Source: Eledone cirrhosa
Lineage: Eukaryota
Reading direction: 5' to 3'
Length of the DNA: 64,000 bases
NCBI GenBank assembly: GCA_964016885.1
Contig: OZ024747.1
Span: forward strand, 2,108,001 to 2,172,000
Shown here: in pieces, positions 26,460-38,929 of the stretch
How the letters are laid out: each line of letters starts with the position of its first letter
Position numbering within the stretch: position 1 is the stretch's first letter
The notes under the pieces: generated by a model
Told to the model about the DNA's origin: nothing
Databases searched by the model: none
Seen by the model: the letters and a program-made list of their open reading frames with translations, nothing else
Program-made: the position numbers and the translations under genes

Positions 26460-26594
26460 GGGATAATGTGATTCGCTGAAGCTCACAGAGAAGATGACGA
26501 AGGACCGTGACAAGTGGAGAGATGCTGTGCTGTATAGGACCTATCCCACCCTTGCAAGCAGGGAAAAGCGGACGTAAAATGATGATGATGATGA
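26460..26594 (+). mobile_element. RTE LINE extreme 3' end with (GAT)n tail
   Basis: LKLTEKMTKDRDKWRDAVLYRT, then GGAAAAGCGGACGTAAAAT(GAT)n. Confidence 0.75.
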
Positions 26595-26868
26595 CTGAAA
26601 GTTAGATGGTATGGCCTTGGCTGAAATGGAACTAAATAATACTAACTTATATTCTTGTTTGTTTATTTGGCAAATTTATTTAAAGTGTTGTATATTTGTT
26701 TGGTTCTTTGTGTTTTTAGTTCAAATTCTGCCGAGGTCTAGTTTGCCTTTCATTTTTGTGGTGGTGATACAGAAAGTAAAATTTGTCACATCCTGTATGC
26801 TCCACTAGATCAACAGAATGGGTGTTAAGAGGGTATCAGTATCTCTTCATGACAGTATGAGAACTTAA

Positions 26869-27089
26869 CCCTTTAGCATTTAAACCATCCGTATCTAGCC
26901 AGAATTCTATCACCGCTTTCTGTTCAAACTGGCCATAACTGGCCACTCATGCTGATGTTAAGGTATTGTTCTCAAAATAAATAACATCAAAATCTTATAG
27001 ATTCGATGTTATGTGAGATAATTGTGTAAGATAAAGCCTTTACCATGAAAATACTATAGTAAATATAGATTAATGTAAATGCTAAAGGT
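26869..27089 (-). mobile_element. piggyBac-type MITE (TTAA target)
   Basis: TTAA|CCCTTTAGCATTTA...TAAATGCTAAAGGT|TTAA; opposite orientation to 35536 and 47643. Confidence 0.7.
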
Positions 27090-27625
27090 TTAAAACCTTT
27101 ACTGATAGCATGATGTATACTAACTAGTAAAACATACAAGATTGTGAGTGACTGTCTTCAGTATTAACCCCAACAGTTATCATGAATGCTTCTTATTATA
27201 ATTATCTTTTCTATAGTGAGCCTTCAGATTTACTTCAGTGCTGCTTTAATATCTTTGTTTTGAAAAACTTGTCTATGAATATTTATTTTCTATATTGTCT
27301 CAAAGAATACTGAATTATTCAAAGATAGTAGAATTCCTATTTTTCTCACAAACCTTTTGTTAATAGTTTTGTATTTTGGAAAATTCCAAGACAATATATA
27401 CATTGTTATAATCTTTTAAAAATGTCCTTTGTTTGAGGGAAAACCGCTGTGAAAAGTAACATTATTACACAATGATAATGGAAAAACATACATTTACTGT
27501 GTTGTCTAATAATCAGTAAGATATTACCAGTTCTTCAAAAGCTGGAGAAGAGCATTGAGCAGGCAAAACAGAAGAAAATCTCAAATAATATTCTATACAT
27601 TGTCTTCAAAATATGCATAAGAGCA

Positions 27626-27656
<31 letters not shown>

Positions 27657-28609
27657 TCTTTCATTCCATTATATTGAACTTTGGCAATATTTTGGTATAT
27701 TGTCTCTTCGTAAGTTATTAAAAAAAAAAAAACACATTTTAATTGAACATATTTTAATTTTAATTTTTTAATCAAATGTAATTGAAATTTTGAAATTTGA
27801 ACTGTGACATTGATACAGTGCAAACTAAAATCTTGAATAAATGGATACAGGCATGGAAATGTAGTTAGAAATGGGTGCAGACATGTCTGTGTGTTTAAAT
27901 ATTAGTGCAGGAATGGCTGTGTGTTTAAGTATTGGTGTAGACATATCTGTATGATTAAGAATAGCTGTGTGTTTAACATGATTACATTTCAACCTTATGG
28001 ATCTAGGTTCAATCTCATTATGCAGCACATTAGTTAAATGTTGTGAACCATAGAAATAGAGAGGACCCAATAATATGGTGATCAGAATTTGGGGGATGAA
28101 AATTGTGTAGAAGCCCATAGTATATGTGTTTGCTTATGTGTGTATAAGTGAGTGAGTGAGAGTGTGTGTGTATGCATGTGAGTGCATGTGTGTATGTGTG
28201 TGAATGCTTTTGTGTGTATGTGTGTGTGCATGTGTTTGTGTGTGTGTCTTTCATGTCTATGTATATCAGTAAAATGGATGTTTTGAAATAAAAACAACAT
28301 GTGTGATGTTTGTTCCAACAGAAAGCCTGAAACTAATTCTGTCATAGGAATTCCAGTCAAGTGTCTCAAATGTTGGTATCAGCACCGGCCCTACAAGTAT
28401 TTTGTAGAATATTGTAGAATATTGTAGAATATTGTCTTGTAGAGGTCAGCTCAGGCTGCCATACTGTGTTTGGCTTGGTATATCTTTTCTGTTTTATATA
28501 TATTTTTGTCAATATGTAAGTATTTGTATCATGAATTGCATGGTAGTCTAAGTCTATAGTCTGTCTTAAGCCAGTCATGGCGGGAAGCGACTGAGAGTAC
28601 AAGACTCAC

Positions 28610-28703
28610 TCTTGGACAAGAACACAACACGCAACCCAGGAATCGAACCCATGACATTATGATCATAAGTCCAACACCCTTGTCACTAGGCCACGTGCCT
28701 CCA
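28610..28703 (-). mobile_element. SINE family B tRNA head
   Basis: Reverse strand reads GGAGGCACGTGGCCTAGTGA..GGGTTCGATTCC..GTGTTGTGTTCTTG. Confidence 0.7.
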
Positions 28704-29172
28704 CCAATTGTATAGTAGAGAGAGACCATAAATACAAAGGGCCAGGGTTTAAAAAACAGTTTTTCCACATTCAGCTGTTATATATGAACATGCATACAAG
28801 CATGAAAAGCTAGACACACTTTCCCACAATGCTACTGGAATGGTTAAAAAGCTCTCAGTCCACCCTGTAAGGTGGTCATGCTGGTGATGCAACAAAAGCT
28901 CCCTAGTCTACCCTGTAAGGTGCTCATGCTGATGACATGACAAAAATCACCCAGCCCACCTTGATTATACCCTGAGCTGATCGATATCAAATCAATTGCT
29001 ACAAATAGCATTTGTACATCTGCTGCAACACTGACTTTTAAATCTATTTACACTCTGCACTCTACAGTTGTAACATGGGAATACAACCCAAACAAAACGG
29101 ACATCATAACACCTGGAGTGCTTCAAACGGCACGCTGCCTGTAACTGTTGTTACACACACATATATATATAT

Positions 29173-29814
29173 ATCATCATCCTCGTTTAATGTCCACTTT
29201 CCACGCTAGCATGGGTTAGACGGGAGTTGTCCCACTTGAGGCAAGGTGGGTCGGGTGACCGTGTCTCGCTCATATAGGACTATCTGGCAGGTTTTCTACG
29301 GCTGGATGTCCTTCCTAACACCAACCACATTTACAGTGTGGAACTGGGAACTTTTTACCGTGTTACCTACACGGCCACATTACAGTGTGGACTGTGTGTT
29401 TTTTCTCGTGACACCTACACGATCTCGATCTCATTTATCTCATTTATTTGGACTGGATGCTGAGGTACCAACTTTATAGAGAGGGGGTGGTGTTGGTGGG
29501 AGTGGGAGGATAGGGTAGGGGTAGTGGATTGGGGTGTATATTTGGTTAAGAGGTCCCTACTGACTGTAGGGTTCTCTTTGTACATAGGCAAGGTGGGTCT
29601 TTTGTATTACTGCGTAGTGCCAAAGATCTCGGTCCAGTGACATTGTCTTAGAGAGGTGCAAGTGTGTAAGGTCGGAATTTATCAGATCGTCCCAGGTTTT
29701 TCTGGGTCTGCCTACTCCGTAACTTCCATCAATTTTGATCGCCCTGCACTTTTTTATACAGCTGTCGTCTTTCATGCGCATCACATGGCCATACCAATGT
29801 AGTCTTCTCTCCAG

Positions 29815-29815
<1 letters not shown>
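29173..29815 (-). mobile_element. 5'-truncated RTE LINE 3' end (sister of 12028-12676)
   Basis: [39 protein letters not shown], with the same 3' UTR and GAT tail. Confidence 0.9.
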
Positions 29816-29845
<30 letters not shown>

Positions 29846-29923
29846 GCTGCCTGTAACTGTTGTTACACATATATACATACATATATGTATATACATACAT
29901 ACGCGCTGCCTGTAACTGTTGTT

Positions 29924-29956
<33 letters not shown>

Positions 29957-29986
29957 CATACATACACGGTGCCTGTAACTGTTGTT

Positions 29987-30036
<50 letters not shown>

Positions 30037-30044
<8 letters not shown>

Positions 30045-30379
30045 ATACTTTGGGAGGGTCATGTTGCCAATAAGAAACACACGCACCAGTTGCTTTCACT
30101 TCAATTTAATTTATTATATATTTATAAATTTACAAATTTATAAATTTCTGGTTGGTTGGTTCCACAACCAGATAGTTGTTTATATATATATAGTCATAGT
30201 TCTTTCGTCACACACTCTGTGACCTCTTCAGTGACTGGGGATTTCTTTCTTCGTTTCTGTGCCTTTCCTTTCTTCTATCCTACGCCAAAATGGCGTAGGA
30301 TAGAAGAAAGCAACTGGTGAAAGCAACTGGTGCGTGTGTTTCTTATTGGCAACATGACCCTCCCAAAGTATAACAATAT
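30037..30379. repeat. 63-bp perfect inverted repeats enclosing a hammerhead and a 20-bp hairpin (PLE-like terminus)
   Basis: 30037-30099 is the reverse complement of 30317-30379; internal perfect hairpin 30268-30310. Confidence 0.85.
30192..30236 (-). ncRNA. Minimal type I hammerhead ribozyme motif
   Basis: AGTCA-CTGAAGA-g-GTCACA.gagtg.TGTGAC-GAAA-GAAC-TA-TGACT; stem I 5 bp, stem II 6 bp, minimal helix III, CUA triplet. Confidence 0.75.
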
Positions 30380-30480
30380 CGGTTTCAACACACGATTTCA
30401 GATAAAGAATCTTGCTAAACAAATTCAGAAACGATATATATATATACATACATACATACACGCTGCCTGTAACTGTTGTT

Positions 30481-30529
<49 letters not shown>

Positions 30530-30576
30530 CACACTGCCTGTAACTGTTGTTACACACACACACATATATATATATA

Positions 30577-31952
30577 TAATAATAATGAAATGATTGTGTA
30601 CAGTGCTCAGGTGCACTACAACTCGTCAAAGGTGCATGTATAGTACATAGAATAATACACAAATGTCAGGGAAGTGAATAGTGTATGAGTCATGATATAC
30701 ATGTGTGTATGTGTATGGAGGGGGAACATCAGGTGTAGTGTTGGCGGATCTCGGGAAGCATGGAGGCCTTAAAGGATGCAGTGTCTCGACAGCTAACAAC
30801 TGATGCAGGTAGTTTGTTCCATGGAGGCCTTAAAGGATGCAGTGTCTCGACAGCTAACAACTGATGCAGGTAGTTTGTTCCATGGAGGCCTTAAAGGATG
30901 CAGTGTCTCGACAGCTAATAACTGATGCAGGTAGTTTGTTCCATGGAGGCCTTAAAGGATGCAGTGTCTCGACAGCTAACAACTGATGCAGGTAGTTTGT
31001 TCCATGGAGGTTTTAAAGGATGCAGTGTCTCGACAGCTAACAACTGATGCAGGTAGTTTGTTCCATGGAGGTTTTAAAGGATGCAGTGTCTCGACAGCTA
31101 ATAACTGATGCAGGTAGTTTGTTCCATGGAGGCCTTAAAGGATGCAGTGTCTCGACAGCTAACAACTGATGCAGGTAGTTTGTTCCATGGAGGTTTTAAA
31201 GGATGCAGTGTCTCGACAGCTAATAACTGATGCAGGTAGTTTGTTCCATGGAGGCCTTAAAGGATGCAGTGTCTCGACAGCTAACAACTGATGCAGGTAG
31301 TTTGTTCCATGGAGGCCTTAAAGGATGCAGTGTCTCGACAGCTAATAACTGATGCAGGTAGTTTGTTCCATGGAGGCCTTAAAGGATGCAGTGTCTCGAC
31401 AGCTAACAACTGATGCAGGTAGTTTGTTCCATGGAGGCTTTAAAGGATGCAGTGTCTCGACAGCTAACAACTGATGCAGGTAGTTTGTTCCATGGAGGCC
31501 TTAAAGGATGCAGTGTCTCGACAGCTAACAACTGATGCAGGTAGTTTGTTCCATGGAGGCCTTAAAGGATGCAGTGTCTCGACAGCTAACAACTGATGCA
31601 GGTAGTTTGTTCCATGGAGGTTTTAAAGGATGCAGTGTCCCAGCAGCTAACAACTGATGCAGGTAGTTTGTTCCATGCTTCAGCAACTCTGAGCATGAAA
31701 AAATGTTTCCGAAAGTCATGGGAACTGTGCTGTTTTCTGACTTTGCGGTCATGCCCACGTGTTTTAGACACATTGAAATCAAAAAGGTACTCAGGGTTGT
31801 TGTTGGCAACATGGTTAACAATTTTGTGGGTGTTTACCAAGTCAGTTGCCAGGCGTCGGAGCTTCAATGTATCCATGCCCAGGGAAGCAAGGCATTCAGA
31901 GTATGGTAGATGCCTGATGGAGGGTATTCGCTTGGTTGCACGTCTCTGAACA
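30577..31952 (-). mobile_element. 5'-truncated CR1 LINE 3' end containing an internal tandem expansion
   Basis: VQRRATKRIPSIRHLPYSECLASLGMDTLKLRRL..DL..THKI..TRGH..K..RKHFF..RV..AWNKLP..VV is a canonical CR1 C-terminus; 3' UTR and (ATT)n tail present. Confidence 0.92.
30759..31677. repeat. Minisatellite, 61-bp unit x15, inside the CR1 ORF2 end
   Basis: CATG at 30759 and 31674 are 15 x 61 bp apart. Confidence 0.97.
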
Positions 31953-31980
31953 TACATACACGCTGCCTGTAACTGTTGTT

Positions 31981-32023
<43 letters not shown>

Positions 32024-32077
32024 CATACACGCTGCCTGTAACTGTTGTTACACACACTGATATATATATATATATAC

Positions 32078-32520
32078 GTGTGTATAATGGTAGCTATGGT
32101 GCTTCCATAGGCGGTATGCCAAAATTAGCACTCAATATTCTTACAGAGCAGAGTGTGAATAGTATACAAAAACGAAAAATCAGTGATGCATCTGGACTCA
32201 GTTTATTGCGTGTTACAATTGTTTCGCCTGCAGCTCGAGACATGATCACTGTATAGATCTGGCTGATTCTACGGCTGCAGGTTCCTCCAGACACATGCAA
32301 TTCTTTCAGAGCAAATTTTCTCACTGGGGTGTTATCATAAAAAAACACCTTCAAAACACATCTTCCACTCTTGTCCTGCCATTGGCTGTTCTTTTTCTAC
32401 GTCATCATAAATTCTGGTCACTATTTACTGCTACACAGGTCATCAGCCATTTTCCGTCGGACACACTTCAATGGAGCCATGCTGGGTTTGGTATCTCACA
32501 CGTCTGTTCACACTCCGGAG
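32078..32520 (-). mobile_element. (TA)n-associated non-coding element with hammerhead-like motif (32208-32298)
   Basis: Homologous to 43070-43385; GTGT-CTGGAGGA-a-CCTGCAGC..GCTGCAGG-c-GAAA-CAATTG-TA-ACAC. Confidence 0.6.
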
Positions 32521-32524
32521 TATG

Positions 32525-33375
32525 TACCCACATATACACACACACACACACACACAGACATACACACTCGCAGGCACACACACACATGCATGCATACACG
32601 TATGTACGCACACATGTGTAGACACACATACTCCCATGCACATATATACACACACACACTCTCCCTCTCTTACACATACCCAAGCACACCCACACCCACA
32701 TGCATACCACCACATGCCTATTGGTGCCTGCCTATACAGCCCCTTACATCCGGTGTCACACGCACATACATGCACACACACACGCAGACACACATGTACA
32801 TGCATACAAAGACACATATCGGTGTTCGGGCACATCTGCACATTTATACACAAACACTCTCAGACACATACATAGACACACACACGCACATACACGCACA
32901 TACACGCATATCCTTACGGATAGGCATCAAGGACAGACACACTTCCAAAGACATAAGCACACATACACACACATACACACACATACACACACAAGTACAT
33001 GTACCCACATATAAACATATAGACAAACCCAGTCCTATGTGGGTGTACGTACGCACCCACACACACACACCCCCACTGACAGATACACATACCATGGATA
33101 TATATGCGTGTGTACATAGACACACACACATACACACGCATACATACACACACACACATACACATATACATATATGTATGCATATACTTATATATATATA
33201 TACATATATATACACACATACACATACAAGCTTATACACACACATGTCTATATGTGTGCATACACACACACATACAAACACATCGACACACACATACGCA
33301 CAAACATATGGCTACGCATTTCCATATATACATACATTTATATAAATACATACACATACATACATATATATACAT
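32525..33375. repeat. CA/TA-rich low-complexity tract
   Basis: Direct reading. Confidence 0.85.
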
Positions 33376-33406
33376 ACACGCTGCCTATAACTGTTGTTAC
33401 ACACAC

Positions 33407-33449
<43 letters not shown>

Positions 33450-33628
33450 CACGCTGCCTATAACTGTTGTTACACACATACATACATACATATATACACA
33501 CATATATATACATACATACATACATACACTCTTGTTTACACTCTTGGTTGTGTTTGTCTTGAAAAGACTGAGGCTACATAGAATGAAGTGGAGTGTTTAG
33601 ATTTGTGAGAGACACTCCACCCTCTCAT

Positions 33629-35185
33629 GTAGTGGTGGTGGTGGTGGTGGTGGTGGTGGTGGTGGTGGTCGTGATGGTAGTAGTGGTGGTGGTATTGGTG
33701 GTGGTGCTGGTATTGGTGGTGGTATTGGTGGTGGTGGTGGTGGTGGTGGTGGTGGTAGTGGTGGTGGTGATGATGGTGGTGGTGGTGGTGGTCGTGGTGG
33801 TGGTGGTGGTGGTGATGGTAGTAGTGGTGGTGGTATTGGTGGTGGTGGTGGTATTGGTGGTGGTATTGGTGGTGGTGGTGGTGGTGGTGGTGGTGGTGGT
33901 GGTGGTGGTGGTCGTGGTGGTGGTGGTGGTGGTGATGGTAGTAGTGGTGGTGGTGGTGGTGGTGGTGGTGGTGGTGGTGGTGGTCGTGGTGGTGGTGGTG
34001 GTGGTGGTGGTGGTGGTGGTGGTGGTCGTGGTGGTGGTGATGATGGTGGTGGTGGTGGTGGTAGTAGTGGTGGTGGTGGTGGTAGTGGTGGTGGTGGTGG
34101 TAGTGGTGGTGGTGGTGGTAGTAGTGGTGGTGGTGGTGGTGGTGGTGGTGGTGGTGGTGGTGGTGATGATGGTGGTGGTGGTGGTGGTAGTAGTGGTGGT
34201 GGTGGTCGTGGTGGTGGTGGTGGTGGTGGTGGTGGTAGTGGTGGTGGTGGTAGTAGTGGTGGTGGTGGTGGTGGTGGTGGTGGTGGTGGTGGTGGTGGTC
34301 GTGGTGGTGGTGATGATGGTGGTGGTGGTGGTGGTAGTAGTGGTGGTGGTAGTGGTGGTGGTGGTGGTGGTGGTAGTGGTGGTGGTGGTGGTAGTAGTGG
34401 TGGTGGTGGTGGTGGTGGTGGTGGTGGTCGTGGTCGTGGTGGTGGTGGTGGTGGTGGTGGTGGTGGTGGTGGTCGTGGTGGTCGTGGTGGTGGTGATGAT
34501 GGTGGTGGTGGTGGTGGTAGTAGTGGTGGTGGTGGTGGTAGTGGTGGTGGTGGTGGTGGTGGTAGTGGTGGTGGTGGTGGTAGTGGTGGTGGTGGTGGTG
34601 GTGGTGGTGGTGGTGGTAGTAGTGGTGGTGGTGGTGGTGGTGGTGGTGGTGGTGGTGGTGGTGGTCGTGGTGGTCGTGGTGGTGGTGATGATGGTGGTGG
34701 TGGTGGTGGTGGTGGTGGTGGTAGTGGTGGTGGTGGTGGTGGTGGTGGTGATGGTAGTAGTGGTGGTGGTATTGGTGGTGGTGGTGGTATTGGTGGTGGT
34801 ATTGGTGGTATTGGTGGTGGTGGTGGTGGTGGTGATGGTGATGATGGTGGTAGTAGTGGTGGTGGTGGTGGTGGTGATAGTGGTAGTAGTGGTGGTGGTG
34901 GTGGTGGTGGTAGTGGTGGTGGTTGTGGTGGTGGTGGTGGTGATGGTGGCGGCGGTGGTGGTGGTAGTGGTGGTGGTAGTGGTGGTGGTGGTTTTGGTAG
35001 CAGTGATGATGGTGGTGGTGGTGGTGGTGGTGGTAGCAGTGATGATAGTGGCGGCGGTGGTGGTGATGATGGTGGTGGCGGTGGTGGTGGTGGTGGTGGT
35101 AGTGGTGGTGGTGGTGGTGGTTTTGGTAGCAGTGATGATGGTGGCGGCAGTGGTGGTGGTGGCAATGGTGATGATGATGATGATG
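33629..35185. repeat. 1.55-kb interrupted (GGT)n array
   Basis: Direct reading; the poly-V and poly-P ORFs are artefacts. Confidence 0.97.
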
Positions 35186-35535
35186 TGGAGGGGGAAAGAA
35201 GAGAGTAGTTAAGATGTTATATTAATGGGTAAAAGGAGTGTTTGTGAATATATTATGGTCTGCAGACTATATCTAACCTGCCAATCAAATTTTGTCTGGC
35301 CTGTCACTAATATTTTACAGATTTGCGATAAATGTGTGTTTTGGTTATGGTATGTTTTCAACAATGAAAATAATAAATAATAAATATTTTCAAGAAAATA
35401 TCATAGTTTCATTAGATATCAAACCATGGGTTGAGAGGATGAAAAAATTAGAATAAGTTTCAGAAATATAAACATTATGCCAATGATTTTGATCTACTAC
35501 AGCCTACATAATCTGTCTTTAGCAAGGAATATTAA

Positions 35536-35745
35536 CCCTTTAGTATTTACAATACTCCATATTTACTATTATATTTTCACAGTAAACACTTTATCTCACA
35601 CAATTATCTCACATAATATCAAATCTATGAGATTTTGATGTTATTTATTTTGAAGACATTAGTATGAGCGGCTGCTTATGGCCAGTTTGAACAGAAAGAG
35701 GTGAGAGAATTCTTGCCGGATATGGCTGGTTTAAATGCTAAAGGG
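35536..35745 (+). mobile_element. piggyBac-type MITE
   Basis: TTAA|CCCTTTAGTATTTA...TAAATGCTAAAGGG|TTAA. Confidence 0.85.
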
Positions 35746-35816
35746 TTAAAGACCAAGAATAGTGGAAGGGGAAGAAGGAAATATTCTGAAAACAGAGACC
35801 TAGCATGAATGCTTGA

Positions 35817-38770
35817 AACAGAGTATATCCTGCTAAAGGCACCCTAGGTCCAGTTGGCACCAATGTTTGTAACAGAGTATACCCTGATAAAGGCACCCTA
35901 GGTCCAGTTGGCACCAATGTTTGTAACAGAGTATACCCTGTTAAAGGCATCCTAGGTCCAGTTGGCACCAATGTTTGTAACAGGGTATACCCTGCTAAAG
36001 GCACCCTAGGTCCAGTTGGCACCAATGTTTGTAACAGAGTATACCCTGATAAAGGCACCCTAGGTCCAGTTGGCACCAATGTTTGTAACAGAGTATTCCC
36101 TGCTAAAGGCACCCTAGGTCCAGTTGGCACCAATGTTTGTAACAGAGTATACCCTGATAAAGGCACCCTAGGTCCAGTTGGCACCAATGTTTGTAACAGA
36201 GTATACCCTGCTAAAGGCACCCTAGGTCCAGTTGGCACCAATGTTTGTAACAGGGTATACCCTGCTAAAGGCACCCTAGGTCCAGTTGGCACCAATGTTT
36301 GTAACAGAGTATACCCTGCTAATGGCACCCTAGGTCCAGTTGGCACCAATGTTTGTAACAGAGTATACCCTGTTAAAGGCACCCTAGGTCCAGTTGTCAC
36401 CAATGTTTGTAACAGAGTATTCCCTGCTAAAGGCACCCTAGGTCCAGTTGGCACCAATGTTTGTAACAGAGTATACCCTGTTAAAGGCACCCTAGGTCCA
36501 GTTGGCACCAATGTTTGTAACAGAGTATACCCTGTTAAAGGCACCCTAGGTCCAGTTGGCACCAATGTTTGTAACAGAGTATTCCCTGCTAAAGGCACCC
36601 TAGGTCCAGTTGGCACCAATGTTTGTAACAGAGTATACCCTGTTAAAGGCACCCTAGGTCCAGTTGGCACCAATGTTTGTAACAGAGTATACCCTGTTAA
36701 AGGCACCCTAGGTCCAGTTGGCACCAATGTTTGTAACAGAGTATACCCTGCTAATGGCACCCTAGGTCCAGTTGGCACCAATGTTTGTAACAGAGTATAC
36801 CCTGATAAAGGCACCCTAGGTCCAGTTGTCACCAATGTTTGTAACAGAGTATTCCCTGCTAAAGGCACCCTAGGTCCAGTTGGCACCAATGTTTGTAACA
36901 GAGTATACCCTGCTAAAGGCACCCTAGGTCCAGTTGGCACCAATGTTTGTAACAGAGTATACCCTGCTAAAGGCACCCTAGGTCCAGTTGGCACCAATGT
37001 TTGTAACAGAGTATACCCTGCTAATGGCACCCTAGGTCCAGTTGGCACCAATGTTTGTAACAGAGTATACCCTGTTAAAGGCACCCTAGGTCCAGTTGGC
37101 ACCAATGTTTGTAACAGAGTATACCCTGTTAAAGGCACCCTAGGTCCAGTTGGCACCAATGTTTGTAACAGAGTATACCCTGCTAATGGCACCCTAGGTC
37201 CAGTTGGCACCAATGTTTGTAACAGAGTATACCCTGTTAAAGGCACCCTAGGTCCAGTTGGCACCAATGTTTGTAACAGGGTATACCCTGCTAAAGGCAC
37301 CCTAGGTCCAGTTGGCACCAATGTTTGTAACAGAGTATACCCTGTTAAAGGCACCCTAGGTCCAGTTGGCACCAATGTTTGTAACAGGGTATACCCTGTT
37401 AAAGGCACCCTAGGTCCAGTTGGCACCAATGTTTGTAACAGAGTATACCCTGTTAAAGGCACCCTAGGTCCAGTTGGCACCAATGTTTGTAACAGGGTAT
37501 ACCCTGCTAAAGGCACCCTAGGTCCAGTTGGCACCAATGTTTGTAACAGAGTATACCCTGTTAAAGGCACCCTAGGTCCAGTTGTCACCAATGTTTGTAA
37601 CAGAGTATTCCCTGCTAAAGGCACCCTAGGTCCAGTTGGCACCAATGTTTGTAACAGAGTATTCCCTGCTAAAGGCACCCTAGGTCCAGTTGGCACCAAT
37701 GTTTGTAACAGAGTATACCCTGTTAAAGGCATCCTAGGTCCAGTTGGCACCAATGTTTGTAACAGAGTATACCCTGATAAAGGCACCCTAGGTCCAGTTG
37801 GCACCAATGTTTGTAACAGAGTATTCCCTGCTAAAGGCACCCTAGGTCCAGTTGGCACCAATGTTTGTAACAGAGTATTCCCTGCTAAAGGCACCCTAGG
37901 TCCAGTTGGCACCAATGTTTGTAACAGAGTATACCCTGTTAAAGGCATCCTAGGTCCAGTTGGCACCAATGTTTGTAACAGGGTATACCCTGCTAAAGGC
38001 ACCCTAGGTCCAGTTGGCACCAATGTTTGTAACAGGGTATTCCCTGTTAAAGGCACCCTAGGTCCAGTTGGCACCAATGTTTGTAACAGAGTATACACTG
38101 TTAAAGGCATCCTAGGTCCAGTTGGCACCAATGTTTGTAACAGAGTATACCCTGCTAAAAGCACCCTAGGTCCAGTTGGCACCAATGTTTGTAACAGAGT
38201 ATACCCTGCTAAAGGCACCCTAGGTCCAGTTGGCACCAATGTTTGTAACAGAGTATACCCTGATAAAGGCACCCTAGGTCCAGTTGGCACCAATGTTTGT
38301 AACAGAGTATTCCCTGTTAAAGGCACCCTAGGTCCAGTTGGCACCAATGTTTGTAACAGAGTATACCCTGCTAAAAGCACCCTAGGTCCAGTTGGCACCA
38401 ATGTTTGTAACAGAGTATACCCTGCTAAAGGCACCCTAGGTCCAGTTGGCACCAATGTTTGTAACAGAGTATACCCTGATAAAGGCATCCTAGGTCCAGT
38501 TGGCACCAATGTTTGTAACAGAGTATACCCTGCTAAAAGCACCCTAGGTCCAGTTGGCACCAATGTTTGTAACAGAGTATACCCTGCTAAAGGCACCCTA
38601 GGTTCAGTTGGCACCAATGTTTGTAACAGAGTATACCCTGCTAAAAGCACCCTAGGTCCAGTTGGCACCAATGTTTGTAACAGAGTATTCCCTGCTAAAG
38701 GCACCCTAGGTCCAGTTGGCACCAATGTTTGTAACAGAGTATACCCTGCTAAAGGCACCCTAGGTCCAGT
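35817..38770. repeat. Minisatellite, 54-bp unit AACAGAGTATACCCTGCTAAAGGCACCCTAGGTCCAGTTGGCACCAATGTTTGT, about 55 copies
   Basis: Direct reading; one minus frame is open as an 18-aa repeat. Confidence 0.98.
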
Positions 38771-38929
38771 GGATATATTTTTTCCACATATTTCTGTTTT
38801 CTTTGATTGTTCTTCTAAGATATTCTGAAATTCCTGCTGTATTTCCTTCTCTGATTTTGTGACTCGCCACTTTCTTGATCTTTCTATTTGTTATGAAGTC
38901 CCCTGTTGTTTTTATCTCATCACATTCAG
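38760..38929 (-). CDS. Candidate terminal coding exon of an unknown gene (ECDEIKTTGDFITNRKIKKVASHKIREGNTAGISEYLRRTIKENRNMWKKYIHWT*)
   Basis: Branch-like TTCTAAT, pyrimidine tract and TTAAACAG acceptor, then 56 codons ending in TAG; no homology recognised. Confidence 0.25.

Larger units (their letters stand above)
29131..33476. repeat. Dispersed array of ten 27-bp motifs CACGCTGCCTGTAACTGTTGTTACACA separated by (TA)/(CA) tracts and unrelated retroelement fragments
   Basis: Copies start at 29131, 29843, 29902, 29965, 30459, 30530, 31959, 32028, 33377 and 33450. Confidence 0.92.

Noticed and set aside
28640-28703. tRNA genes (also 1098, 4288, 13781, 15790)
   Set aside because: A and B boxes are present but there is no complete cloverleaf, and they continue into SINE or MITE bodies.
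29131-33476. CRISPR array
   Set aside because: Eukaryotic context, no cas genes, and spacers range from ~30 bp of microsatellite to 1.4 kb of retroelement; only the layout is similar.
33593-35212. Poly-Val or extensin/formin-like poly-Pro protein
   Set aside because: Pure (GGT)n expansion with no flanking domain.
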